From: an uncultured Christensenella sp.
GTDB taxonomy: Bacteria; Bacillota; Clostridia; Christensenellales; Borkfalkiaceae
Assembly (NCBI GenBank): GCA_910578195.1
Contig: CAJTOY010000001.1
Location: 422,040 to 486,039 of the forward strand
Reading direction: 5' to 3'
DNA length: 64,000 nt
Shown here: in pieces, positions 8,191-16,663 of the stretch
Layout of the letters: each line of letters begins with the position of its first letter
How positions within the stretch are numbered: the first letter of the stretch is position 1
The notes under the pieces: generated by a model
The model's input: the letters and a program-made list of their open reading frames with translations, nothing else
Database searches by the model: none
Told to the model about the DNA's origin: nothing
Position numbers and translations under genes: made by a program

Positions 8191-8220
8191 AATCTCCGCG
8201 TAATTACGCGGAGATTTTTA
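8191..8220. terminator. Bidirectional intrinsic terminator between convergent genes
   Basis: AATCTCCGCGTAATTACGCGGAGATTTTT has a perfect 10-bp stem and A/T flanks. Confidence 0.8.
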
Positions 8221-9060
8221 ATGTGTTCTCAATTTTCTGTGATATATTGCAACCGCCGTTATTGGCAAGATATAAAGCAATAAGCTAAGAAAAGCCCATT
8301 TCGACACAAAAATCATATTCACAGCCAAAACTGGCAGAGTTGTTGCAACCAGAAAAACGCTTGCGAATCCGTTAATCTTTTTCCATACAACAATGTTTTC
8401 CAGCGTAAGAGAAGTTCTCAATCCAAACACTCCGTTAGGCGGTGTAATAGACGGCGACATAGCCGCAAACAGCGAAAGAAAAAAAGCGAGCGTAACACAA
8501 ACCGCAAACGACGGCAAATATTCCGCGGAAATGCTTTGAGAATGTATTGCCAAAACGAACACTTCATATGCAACCGCAAAAACGGAAATTACAGTGTGCA
8601 ATACGATAGCCGACCTTTTCTCTCTGTTGCGTTTGCACACCAAAAAGAAACTCAAATCCAGAACTTCGATAACTAAAAAGGTTATAAGATGCAATAATAT
8701 TTCATATTTTTTTCCGTAACGGTCAACTTGTCCGTGCGTAAAATGAGCGGGTATCTTTTCGGGTAAAAATCTGAGCAAGATAAAAACCGATAAAACGCAG
8801 AAGCAAACAAAAATCAAATTATATAAAAGAAAGGTCTTGTTAAGATTAAAACCGCTATTTTCGTTCGGGCGATCGGAAAGCAAAGCTTCGAGATTTATTT
8901 CAAGTACCGAGCACAGCTTTTTCAAGGTTTCGATATCGGGCTCGTTAATACCTTGTTCCCACTTCGATACGCTTTGTCTTGTAACGAACAGCTTTGATGC
9001 AAGTTCTTTCTGTGTCATACCTTTTTTGATACGGTAAAACCGTAAATTGTCTTTAAACAT
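8218..9060 (-). CDS. XRE-family HTH domain fused to a multi-pass membrane domain
   Basis: MFKDNLRFYRIKKGMTQKELASKLFVTRQSVSKWEQGINEPDIETLKKLCSVL is a canonical XRE HTH. It is followed by about 5 hydrophobic helices (DUF1648/SdpI-like by recollection only). The start is moved to ATG 9060. Confidence 0.7.
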   Translation of the reverse strand: MFKDNLRFYRIKKGMTQKELASKLFVTRQSVSKWEQGINEPDIETLKKLCSVLEINLEALLSDRPNENSGFNLNKTFLLYNLIFVCFCVLSVFILLRFLPEKIPAHFTHGQVDRYGKKYEILLHLITFLVIEVLDLSFFLVCKRNREKRSAIVLHTVISVFAVAYEVFVLAIHSQSISAEYLPSFAVCVTLAFFLSLFAAMSPSITPPNGVFGLRTSLTLENIVVWKKINGFASVFLVATTLPVLAVNMIFVSKWAFLSLLLYILPITAVAIYHRKLRTH

Positions 9061-9215
9061 ATACCCATTATAAATTATAATTACATTGAAAGCAAGATAT
9101 CGCCGCGCACCTTTTGGTTGCGCGGCAAAAAACATTTTTCCAAAACGATTTAATAAATAATTCCGTTGACAAATCAATATTATAATATTATAATTATTTA
9201 ACAAAGGAGAAAATT

Positions 9216-10088
9216 ATGAAAACAGCGATTGTTACAGACAGCAACAGCGGCATTACTCAGCAAATGGCAAAGGAGCTTGGCATATCGGTTATACCCATGC
9301 CCGTATTGATAAACGGCGAGCAATTCTATGAAGATTTGACCCTTTCGCAGGAACAATTCTATGAAAAGCTGAAAGGCGACGCTCAGGTGTCCACCTCCCA
9401 GCCTAACCCTATCGACGTGGGCGACGTATGGGACAACGTTCTTAAAGAATACGACGAATTAGTCTATATCCCTATGTCCAGCGGACTTTCCGAAACTTGC
9501 CACACCCTTCAACACTTCGCCGAAACCGAAGAACGTTTCAAGGGCAAGGTTTACGTTGTGGACAACCAGCGTATTTCAATCACTCAAAGACAGAGTGTTT
9601 TAGACGGATTAAAAATGGCAAGCGAGGGCAAAAGCGCAAAAGAAATTTCAGAGTGGTTGATTTCAAGCAAATCTCAGTCGAGTATTTACATTATGGTCGG
9701 CACTTTAAAGTATCTTAAAAAAGGCGGCAGGCTTACCCCCGCCGTCGCTATGATAGGCGAACTTCTCAAAATCAAGCCCGTCTTGCAAATTCAAGGTTTT
9801 AAGCTTGACCAGTACGCCAAAGTCAGAAAGCTTGCCGACGCAAAAACCACTATGATTAACGCAATCAAAAAAGACTTTGAAACAAGGTTTAAGGACTTGG
9901 TTGCCGCGGGTAAAATGACGCTTGCCGTCGCGCATACCGAAAATTTCGAAGAAGCCGAAAGATTCAGCCAGGAAATCAAGGAAGCTTTCCCCAACGTCAA
10001 ATTCACCTTTATCGACCCCCTCTCGCTCAGCGTTTCGTGCCATATCGGTCCCGGCGCGCTTGCGGTTGCCTGCTCGGTTGAATATTAA
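9216..10088 (+). CDS. DegV-family fatty-acid-binding protein
   Basis: AIVTDSNSGI, the LKYLKKGGRL block and a length of 290 aa are typical of DegV. AAAGGAGA RBS. Confidence 0.85.
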   Translation: MKTAIVTDSNSGITQQMAKELGISVIPMPVLINGEQFYEDLTLSQEQFYEKLKGDAQVSTSQPNPIDVGDVWDNVLKEYDELVYIPMSSGLSETCHTLQHFAETEERFKGKVYVVDNQRISITQRQSVLDGLKMASEGKSAKEISEWLISSKSQSSIYIMVGTLKYLKKGGRLTPAVAMIGELLKIKPVLQIQGFKLDQYAKVRKLADAKTTMINAIKKDFETRFKDLVAAGKMTLAVAHTENFEEAERFSQEIKEAFPNVKFTFIDPLSLSVSCHIGPGALAVACSVEY

Positions 10089-10095
10089 AACGAAA

Positions 10096-10158
10096 TACCG
10101 CTCCGCGCACTTTGCGCGGAGCGGTAAAAATTACGCGCCCCGACAACTGTCGGGGCGC
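10096..10158. terminator. Two adjacent hairpins between convergent degV-family gene and gap
   Basis: TACCGCTCCGCGCACTTTGCGCGGAGCGGTA (10096-10126) and GCGCCCCGACAACTGTCGGGGCGC (10135-10158). Each has a T-rich run on at least one side. Confidence 0.75.
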
Positions 10159-10171
10159 ACTATTTTATTTA

Positions 10172-11185
10172 TTAAAGTTCTGCGAAGTACTTGATTGTTC
10201 TTACCATCTGGGATGTGTAAGAATTCTCGTTGTCGTACCACGAAACAACCTTTACAAGCGTCGTGCCGTCGCCGAGAGGCATGCACTTAGTCTGGGTCGC
10301 GTCGAACAGCGAGCCGTAGGTCATACCTATAACGTCCGAAGATACAATCTCTTCCTCGGTATAGCCGTAGGAAGCGGAAGCGGATTTCTTCATTGCTTCG
10401 TTTACAGCCTTAGCATCAACGTCGCCTTCGCAAACCGCGATAAGCTGGGTAAGCGAACCGGTGGGAACGGGAACGCGCTGTGCGCAGCCGTCGAGCACGC
10501 CGTTGAGCTCGGGAATAACAAGACCTATTGCCTTTGCAGCGCCCGTCGAGTTGGGAACGATATTAACCGCAGCAGCTCTTGCTCTTCTCAAATCGCCCTT
10601 TCTGTGAGGTCCGTCGAGAACCATCTGGTCGCCGGTGTATGCGTGAATGGTCGTCATATAACCCTTCTTGATTTTGCAAAGCTTGTTGAGCGAATTTGCC
10701 ATAGGCGCAAGGCAGTTCGTCGTGCAGCTTGCCGCGGAGATAACAGTATCGTCCTTTTTAAGAATGTTTTCGTTAACGCTGTATACTACGGTAGGAAGGT
10801 CATTGCCCGCGGGTGCGGAAATAACGCACTTCTTCGCGCCCGCTTTAATGTGAGCGGAAGCCTTTTCCTTCGAGCAGTAGAAGCCCGTACATTCGAGAAC
10901 GACGTCAACCTTGTGCGCCTTCCAGGGAAGGTTTGCCGCGTCTTTTTCTGCGTAAATTTTAATCGTTTTGCCGTTTACTGTGATGCTGTCCTCTCCTGCG
11001 ACGACCGAATCACAGTACTTATATCTGCCCTGAGCCGAATCGTACTTCAAAAGGTGAGCAAGCATTTTAGGGCTTGTCAAGTCGTTGATAGCAACGATTT
11101 CATATCCGTCGGCGTCGAACATCTGTCTGAATGCAAGACGTCCTATTCTTCCGAAACCATTGATTGCTACTTTTACATTTGCCAT
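10172..11185 (-). CDS. gap: Type I glyceraldehyde-3-phosphate dehydrogenase
   Basis: [11 protein letters not shown] and the active-site block [12 protein letters not shown]. 337 aa. Confidence 0.95.
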   Translation of the reverse strand: MANVKVAINGFGRIGRLAFRQMFDADGYEIVAINDLTSPKMLAHLLKYDSAQGRYKYCDSVVAGEDSITVNGKTIKIYAEKDAANLPWKAHKVDVVLECTGFYCSKEKASAHIKAGAKKCVISAPAGNDLPTVVYSVNENILKKDDTVISAASCTTNCLAPMANSLNKLCKIKKGYMTTIHAYTGDQMVLDGPHRKGDLRRARAAAVNIVPNSTGAAKAIGLVIPELNGVLDGCAQRVPVPTGSLTQLIAVCEGDVDAKAVNEAMKKSASASYGYTEEEIVSSDVIGMTYGSLFDATQTKCMPLGDGTTLVKVVSWYDNENSYTSQMVRTIKYFAEL

Positions 11186-11353
11186 AAATTTAATTCCTCC
11201 GAATTTTAATTACTTTTGGATAAGTATACCAAAGTTTTCCATACAAGTCAATTAATTGATAGAAATATACTTATTTTATGTCTTAATTATACTCTTTAAT
11301 GTGAGCTTTGAAAAGTATTTTAACCATGATTTTTAAAATATTTTTAAAATGAC

Positions 11354-11382
11354 TTGAATTTTGCGCCGTTATGAATTATACT
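11354..11382 (+). promoter_or_regulatory. Candidate sigma-A promoter of fba
   Basis: TTGAAT (11354-11359), 17-nt spacer, TATACT (11377-11382), about 30 nt upstream of the fba start codon. Confidence 0.5.
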
Positions 11383-11413
11383 TAATTAAGAATAAAAAAT
11401 ATCGGAGGATATA

Positions 11414-12280
11414 ATGGCATTAGTTTCAGCAAAAGAAATGCTTGAAAAAGCAAGAAACGGCAAGTACGCCGTAGGTCAGTTCAATATTAACAATCTTGAA
11501 TGGACGAAGTCGATTTTACAGACCGCGGAAGAACTTAAATCACCTGTAATTCTCGGAGTTTCCGAGGGCGCGGGCAAATATATGACGGGCTTCAAAACCG
11601 TTGCAGCTATGGTTAAAGCTATGATCGAGGAATTGAAAATCACCGTTCCCGTCGCGCTTCACCTTGACCACGGCTCGTACGAGGGCTGCTATAAATGTAT
11701 CGAAGCGGGATTCTCGTCGATAATGTTCGACGGCTCGCACTTCCCTATTGAAGAAAACGTTGCAAAGACGAAAGAACTTGTCAAGGTTTGCGCGGAAAAG
11801 GGTTTGAGCCTCGAAGCGGAAGTCGGTTCAATCGGCGGCGAGGAAGACGGCGTTGTCGGTCTCGGCGAGTGTGCCGACCCCGACGAGTGCAAGAGGATCG
11901 CCGACCTCGGCGTGACAATTCTTGCCGCGGGCATAGGCAATATTCACGGCAAATATCCCGCTAACTGGCCCGGGCTCAGATTTGACGTGCTCGAAAAGAT
12001 TAAGGCAAAAACCGGCGATATGCCCCTCGTCCTCCACGGCGGAACGGGTATCCCCACCGATATGATTAAAAAGGCAATTTCGCTCGGCGTTGCGAAAATC
12101 AACGTAAACACCGAATGTCAGTTATCCTTCCAGGAAGCAACCAGAAAATACATAGAAGACGGCAAAGACCTCGTCGGCAAGGGCTTCGACCCCAGAAAGC
12201 TGCTTGCGCCCGGCTGTGAAGCAATCAAAGCTACCGTAAAAGAAAAAATGGAAATTTTCGGAAGCATCGGCAAAGCATAA
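11414..12280 (+). CDS. fba: Class II fructose-1,6-bisphosphate aldolase
   Basis: VGQFNINNLEWT, LHLDHG, NIHG and LVLHGGTG blocks. 288 aa, GGAGGA RBS. Confidence 0.95.
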   Translation: MALVSAKEMLEKARNGKYAVGQFNINNLEWTKSILQTAEELKSPVILGVSEGAGKYMTGFKTVAAMVKAMIEELKITVPVALHLDHGSYEGCYKCIEAGFSSIMFDGSHFPIEENVAKTKELVKVCAEKGLSLEAEVGSIGGEEDGVVGLGECADPDECKRIADLGVTILAAGIGNIHGKYPANWPGLRFDVLEKIKAKTGDMPLVLHGGTGIPTDMIKKAISLGVAKINVNTECQLSFQEATRKYIEDGKDLVGKGFDPRKLLAPGCEAIKATVKEKMEIFGSIGKA

Positions 12281-12286
12281 AAATTT

Positions 12287-12318
12287 TAACCTCTGTTTTT
12301 ACAGAGGTTTATTTTTTT
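12287..12318 (+). terminator. Intrinsic terminator of fba
   Basis: AACCTCTGTTTTTACAGAGGTT followed by ATTTTTTTATT. Confidence 0.8.
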
Positions 12319-12341
12319 ATTAAATGCTCAAACTGTTGAGT

Positions 12342-12755
12342 ATGAAAAGAAAATTTACTTTTATTGCCGTTATTATTACTCTTATACTTACTCTGCTTCC
12401 CGCTTGCGACGCGCGCGAAACGGGCTCGTTAAAGGCGCTGACTAAGCCGTATATCGCGCATTACGAATGCTACGAAGGGTCTTTCGGCGGCGAGGACTTA
12501 ATGGAAAAATTCGACTACGTCGAAATTATCCTTCAAGACAAAGAAAATCTGCTGCTTTCCTACAAGTTCAAGGACGGCGAAAAACAAAAGGTCGAAAGCA
12601 AATACAAGTTCAACAACGAAACGCACGAGATGACCGCAGACATAGGGATTTTCGGTTTCAGATTTAAAGAATCGGTCATTGTGGAAAACGGTAAATTCAC
12701 TGTTTCAAAGCCCATAGGCACAAAACAACTGATTATGAAATTCAAAACGAAATAA
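12342..12755 (+). CDS. putative lipoprotein, unknown function
   Basis: MKRKFTFIAVIITLILTLLPAC has lipobox LPAC. An alternative ATG lies at 12324. Confidence 0.5.
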   Translation: MKRKFTFIAVIITLILTLLPACDARETGSLKALTKPYIAHYECYEGSFGGEDLMEKFDYVEIILQDKENLLLSYKFKDGEKQKVESKYKFNNETHEMTADIGIFGFRFKESVIVENGKFTVSKPIGTKQLIMKFKTK

Positions 12756-12759
12756 TTTA

Positions 12760-12790
12760 AAAAGAGGAGCATTGCGCTCCTCTTCTTTTT
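12760..12790. terminator. Bidirectional intrinsic terminator
   Basis: AAAAGAGGAGCATTGCGCTCCTCTTCTTTTT lies between convergent genes. Confidence 0.8.
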
Positions 12791-13124
12791 ACGGTTTATA
12801 GTTACCCGTTATTTCTTCTATGCCATCTTTTTCCATTTTGCCGTAAACCTCGTCGATTTGAAGCTGCTGCTCCTCTTGCTCGGCGTGTCTTGCGACGGCA
12901 AGCTCCGCAATCGCGGAAACGCGCCCTTCGATTATCGGCGGAGCGTTTTCGTCAACGGCGTCATAGTTGAATTTAATCAGATTTTTTTCAGAATATGCCT
13001 CGTGAAGGTACATTTGAAGCTTGGCTTCCATATTCCTTCTGTAAGCCAGCATCATAAAAAATATTAAAAACAGTACGGCGAACAAGCCGACCGCAACGAT
13101 TGCAACTATGTATTTGGATTCCAT
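12789..13124 (-). CDS. small single-pass membrane protein, unknown function
   Basis: An N-terminal TM helix (IVAIVAVGLFAVLFLIFFMMLA) is followed by an acidic tail. I recognise no family. Confidence 0.45.
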   Translation of the reverse strand: MESKYIVAIVAVGLFAVLFLIFFMMLAYRRNMEAKLQMYLHEAYSEKNLIKFNYDAVDENAPPIIEGRVSAIAELAVARHAEQEEQQLQIDEVYGKMEKDGIEEITGNYKP

Positions 13125-13210
13125 AGCTTTATTTTACTACTCTTTTTCGATTATGTCAAGATTTATTCTGATTTATAATTTTCATAATTTCAGGCAATAT
13201 TTAGTATATT

Positions 13211-14251
13211 ATGGGTATGAAAAAAATTATGTTCTGCGGCGGCGGCAGCGCCGGTCACGTTATTCCGAATATTTCTCTGATAGAAAACCTCGAAGGCTAT
13301 GAAATTTGCTATGCGGGCACGGGCGGTATCGAGCAAAGCATATGCGACACAAACGGTATACGCTTTTACAAATTCGATACGGTGAAGCTTGTTCGCGGAA
13401 AAATACTATGCAACCTTCTTATTCCATTCAAGCTTTTAAAGGCGGTAAAACAAGCGGGGCAGACGATTGACAAGGTCAAGCCCGATTTGGTTTTCTGCAA
13501 GGGCGGCTACGTCTGCCTGCCGCCCGCAATCGCCGCGCATAAAAGGCATATTCCCGTAATCACGCACGAATCGGATTTAAGCCCGGGGCTCGCGAATAAG
13601 CTGATTGCGGGCAAGTGCGAAAAGGTTCTGACCTCTTTCCCCTCCACCGCGCAAAAATTCAAAAACGGCGTCTATACGGGCACTCCTATGCGCAATATTC
13701 TTTTTAACCGTGACAAGGCGGAAGCAAAAAAGGCGTTCGGGTTGGACGACCGCCCCACATTGATTGTGTTCGGCGGCGGCAGCGGGTCAAAGATTATTAA
13801 CGATAATATGAGAAAAATTCTCTTCGATTTGTGCAAAAAATATAATGTTTTGCATGTATGCGGAAAAGGCAATCTGACAAAAACAAATATCGGCGGGTAC
13901 AAACAGATAGAATTTGCCGACGACATGGGGCTTGTATACGCTTGCGCCGACGCAGCCGTCGCAAGGTGCGGCTCGAACTCGGCAAACGAGTTAATAGCGC
14001 TTAAAATTCCCACGCTGTTTATACCGCTCGGAAATAAGCGAAGCCGCGGCGACCAGATAAAAAACGCCGAATACTTTTTAAACGAAGGACTTTGCAGAGT
14101 GCTTAACGAACAAGATTTGACCACCGAAAAACTGAAAACCGAGATTTTCAATCTTTTCGACGACGAAAATTTAAAAACCGCGCTGACGAAAAGCAACGTC
14201 AGACGCGGTAACGAAAAAATTATAAACGAAATTAAATTAAGCCTTCGATAA
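13211..14251 (+). CDS. murG: MurG-type undecaprenyldiphospho-muramoylpentapeptide beta-N-acetylglucosaminyltransferase
   Basis: GT28-like. It has the N-terminal G-loop FCGGGSAGHVIPN, the mid-protein FGGGSGS and the C-terminal GSNSANELIALKIPTLFIP, as in clostridial MurG. The start could also be ATG 13217. Confidence 0.75.
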   Translation: MGMKKIMFCGGGSAGHVIPNISLIENLEGYEICYAGTGGIEQSICDTNGIRFYKFDTVKLVRGKILCNLLIPFKLLKAVKQAGQTIDKVKPDLVFCKGGYVCLPPAIAAHKRHIPVITHESDLSPGLANKLIAGKCEKVLTSFPSTAQKFKNGVYTGTPMRNILFNRDKAEAKKAFGLDDRPTLIVFGGGSGSKIINDNMRKILFDLCKKYNVLHVCGKGNLTKTNIGGYKQIEFADDMGLVYACADAAVARCGSNSANELIALKIPTLFIPLGNKRSRGDQIKNAEYFLNEGLCRVLNEQDLTTEKLKTEIFNLFDDENLKTALTKSNVRRGNEKIINEIKLSLR

Positions 14252-14852
14252 GAATTTTAAGACCTATACCTATCAAGACAAGACCGCCTATAAGCTCGGT
14301 AATGCCCGCTTTGTTTTTGAGTATATTTCCGAACTTGACGCCCACCAGAAGCCCCGCAAGGCTTATTATAAAGGTCGTACAGCCGATTATAATTACGCTT
14401 ATAAACATGTTCGGGATACTGTTTTTCAGCTCGTCGTAAGCCATAAAAGAAACGCCTACGAAAAGCGCGTCAATGCTTGTGGCGACGCCTTGAATTAAAA
14501 CCTCGGGGAAAGAGAATTTTTTCTCTTTAACTTCCTCTTCCTTTGCGCGGAATTCTTTTATGGCGTCTATAATCATTTTACCCCCGATAATGGTAAGCAA
14601 CGCGAAACCTATCCAGTGGTCAAAGGTATCGAAAACGCTTTGGAACGCCACGCCCAGTCCGTAGGCGACGAAAAAGCCTATAACGGGCATCACCGCTTGA
14701 AAAACCCCGAACGTCAGCGGTATGGTTACGCCTTTACGTTTGGTAAGGTTGCGGTAGCAAAGCCCGTCCGTTACCGAAACCGCCAGCGCGTCCATAGAAA
14801 GCGAAACGCCCATTAAAAAAACTTCTAATACGAGTACCCAAGTCAGTGACAT
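14232..14852 (-). CDS. mntP: Manganese efflux pump MntP
   Basis: SLSMDALAVSV and the repeated second-half motif ATSIDALFVGV. 206 aa, 6-TM pattern. Confidence 0.85.
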   Translation of the reverse strand: MSLTWVLVLEVFLMGVSLSMDALAVSVTDGLCYRNLTKRKGVTIPLTFGVFQAVMPVIGFFVAYGLGVAFQSVFDTFDHWIGFALLTIIGGKMIIDAIKEFRAKEEEVKEKKFSFPEVLIQGVATSIDALFVGVSFMAYDELKNSIPNMFISVIIIGCTTFIISLAGLLVGVKFGNILKNKAGITELIGGLVLIGIGLKILIEGLI

Positions 14853-14940
14853 AAATTTATTATATCATATGGGGCAATAATTGTAAATGCAATATTTTAA
14901 ATTTGTTTGTAAAAAAAATGTTAAAATATATAAAAAGAGC

Positions 14941-14968
14941 TTGCATTTTTAATTATTTTAAGTATAAT
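14941..14968 (+). promoter_or_regulatory. Candidate sigma-A promoter upstream of the tRNA locus
   Basis: TTGCAT (14941-14946), 16-nt spacer, TATAAT (14963-14968), about 20 nt upstream of the first tRNA-like unit. Confidence 0.5.
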
Positions 14969-14989
14969 ATTATTGTTATTTAAGTTCAC

Positions 14990-15123
14990 TGAGGTGTAGC
15001 GCAGTTTGGTAGCGCGTCTCGGTTAGGTCGAAGGCTGTGGGTTCAAGTTCATATATTGAGGTGTAGCGCAGTTTGGTAGCGCGTCTCGGTTAGGTCGAAG
15101 GCTGTGGGTTCAAGTTCATATAT
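14990..15123 (+). repeat. Two perfect 67-bp tandem copies of a 3'-truncated tRNA-Pro-like sequence
   Basis: TGAGGTGTAGCGCAGTTTGGTAGCGCGTCTCGGTTAGGTCGAAGGCTGTGGGTTCAAGTTCATATAT occurs at 14990-15056 and again at 15057-15123. The acceptor 5' strand and D-arm are identical to the downstream tRNA. The anticodon arm is divergent and imperfect. The T-stem 3' strand, acceptor 3' strand and CCA are missing. Confidence 0.85.
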
Positions 15124-15200
15124 TGAGGTGTAGCGCAGTTTGGTAGCGCGTCTGGTTAGGGACCAGAAGGTCGTGGGTTCAAGTCCCGTCACCTCAACCA
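15124..15200 (+). tRNA. tRNA-Pro-like gene with apparent anticodon AGG (A34), U1-A72, A73, encoded CCA
   Basis: Hand-folded cloverleaf: acceptor TGAGGTG/CACCTCA (7 bp), D-arm GCGC/GCGC, anticodon arm TCTGG-TTAGGGA-CCAGA, variable loop AGGTC, T-arm GTGGG-TTCAAGT-CCCGT, then A-CCA. It aligns arm for arm with the B. subtilis and E. coli tRNA-Pro sequences as I recall them (TTTGGGA / TTCGGGA loops). Confidence 0.8.
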
Positions 15201-15205
15201 AATAA

Positions 15206-15242
15206 AACTCCGAATACGCAAGTTGCGTGTTCGGAGTTTTTG
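15206..15242. terminator. Intrinsic terminator after the tRNA, also positioned after the convergent GH32 gene
   Basis: AACTCCGAATACGCAAGTTGCGTGTTCGGAGTTTTTG. Confidence 0.8.
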
Positions 15243-15245
15243 TAT

Positions 15246-16595
15246 TTATGATAAAACATCAAAACGTTGTACCGTACAATTGTCCGCGTTTACTTCGAGT
15301 TCAAGTCCGTCAGCGTCATAATCGGGATAAATGGTTGCGGAAAGAACTTTACCGTTTACGAATATTTCCGCTGAAAATTCGTCCAAAACAACGGTTATTT
15401 CCGTATCAACGCTATTATCGGTAAAAGGCATGCGGCGAATACCTGCCAGACTGTCGCCGTCGCGTTCTTTCCCTTCGATTTTTTCTCCGGAATGCGAACG
15501 GTCAAATACCCACTCTCCGTTTTTAAGGCAAAAGCTTGTATACATCTCACCCTTCTTACGCAGACGCAAGTTGAAATTTTTTATATTTTTTGCTTTGAAG
15601 TTTAATACGCCGATTTTTATATTATCGGAATATATACCGTTTATATCCTTTTCAAACACCTTTCGGGCGGATACCACGGGCGATTGCCACAGCTCCCCGT
15701 TTTTAATTTCAAGTTTTCGCGGTACAGTAAGCATACCCGCAAAACCGTACTTTTGCGAGGGAATATTTCTATCCCACATATTCAGCCATCCTATCATAAC
15801 GGGCTCATCGGCAAAGGACTGCGCGGCATAAAAATCAAAGCCGTAATCGATTATTTCGCTTTCGCCGAAATCCGCCTTGCCTTTTTCAATGTCAATCTTG
15901 CCCAAGCGGTAGAATGTGCTGTGAATATTTAAGTGCTTCGAGCCTTGCGCAGGTTGAAACTGCTCGCAATAAGTAAGCAATCCAAGCTCGCTATTATAGT
16001 CGGGGCACTCAATCATTATACCGCCGCTGTCACGGTCAAGCACGTCACATTCAAATTTCCAGTTGAATATATCTTTTGAAGAATACAACAATATTCTGCC
16101 TCTGCCGTCAATCTTGCGCGCGGCGACAAGGCAATATAAAACTCCGTTTTCTTCGAATATCTTCGGGTCGCGGAAGTCGCACGGCGAATATTCGGGCGGC
16201 AAATCTTTTTCACCTATAACAATTCCGTGCTTCGTAAAGTTAATACCGTCATCGGATGAAGCAAGAGCTTGAAGTTGCCTTATATTTTCTCCTCCGCCGT
16301 TTTCCTTAAAGCTTGTATATAGAAGCCACAGCTTATTATTCCAGACGATTGCGGTTCCCGAGAAGCAACCGTCGTCCTGACTGTCGGGAGCGATAGCTAT
16401 CGGCATTTGCTCCCACTTAGTCAAATCACGACTGACAACATGCCCCCAGTGCATTGGCCCCCAATATACGTTTTTAGAGTAATACTGAAAAAAGACGTGG
16501 TATTGTCCTTTGAATTTAACAAGCCCGTTCGGGTCGTTTATCCACCCGTTGCTTCCTGTTATATGAAATTTCGGTCTCAAATTTAAGTCTGACAT
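15246..16595 (-). CDS. Cytoplasmic GH32 beta-fructofuranosidase / sucrose-6-phosphate hydrolase-like enzyme
   Basis: No signal peptide. GH32 motifs are present: WINDPNG (nucleophile), FRDPKIF (RDP), IECPDY (acid/base). 449 aa. Confidence 0.9.
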   Translation of the reverse strand: MSDLNLRPKFHITGSNGWINDPNGLVKFKGQYHVFFQYYSKNVYWGPMHWGHVVSRDLTKWEQMPIAIAPDSQDDGCFSGTAIVWNNKLWLLYTSFKENGGGENIRQLQALASSDDGINFTKHGIVIGEKDLPPEYSPCDFRDPKIFEENGVLYCLVAARKIDGRGRILLYSSKDIFNWKFECDVLDRDSGGIMIECPDYNSELGLLTYCEQFQPAQGSKHLNIHSTFYRLGKIDIEKGKADFGESEIIDYGFDFYAAQSFADEPVMIGWLNMWDRNIPSQKYGFAGMLTVPRKLEIKNGELWQSPVVSARKVFEKDINGIYSDNIKIGVLNFKAKNIKNFNLRLRKKGEMYTSFCLKNGEWVFDRSHSGEKIEGKERDGDSLAGIRRMPFTDNSVDTEITVVLDEFSAEIFVNGKVLSATIYPDYDADGLELEVNADNCTVQRFDVLS

Positions 16596-16663
16596 TTAAT
16601 ATTCCTTAATGTACATTACTTTCACGCAGTTTTAAACTGCGTGAAAGTTTTGTTCAAATCAAT

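Noticed and set aside
10112-11209. A long 365-aa ORF on the plus strand opposite gap. Similar long antisense ORFs lie at 34342..35091, 40000..41571 (523 aa), 42448..43149, 51518..52447 (309 aa), 53819..54769 and 55037..55624.
   Set aside because: Each lies exactly antisense to a strongly recognisable protein (GAPDH, fructokinase, CE8 protein, PfkA, DnaE). Their products are R/V/F/C-rich and low in complexity, and I recognise no family for them. They are typical shadow ORFs of stop-poor antisense frames.
14853-14989. A yybP-ykoY manganese riboswitch, which I expected upstream of mntP.
   Set aside because: The minus-strand leader of mntP is short, AT-rich and unstructured. It mostly overlaps the divergent tRNA promoter region. 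I found none of the conserved yybP-ykoY helices or loops.
14990-15200. The regular 67-bp tandem repeats considered as a CRISPR-like array.
   Set aside because: The units abut with no spacers and are clearly tRNA-derived. No cas genes or other direct-repeat arrays occur in the window.
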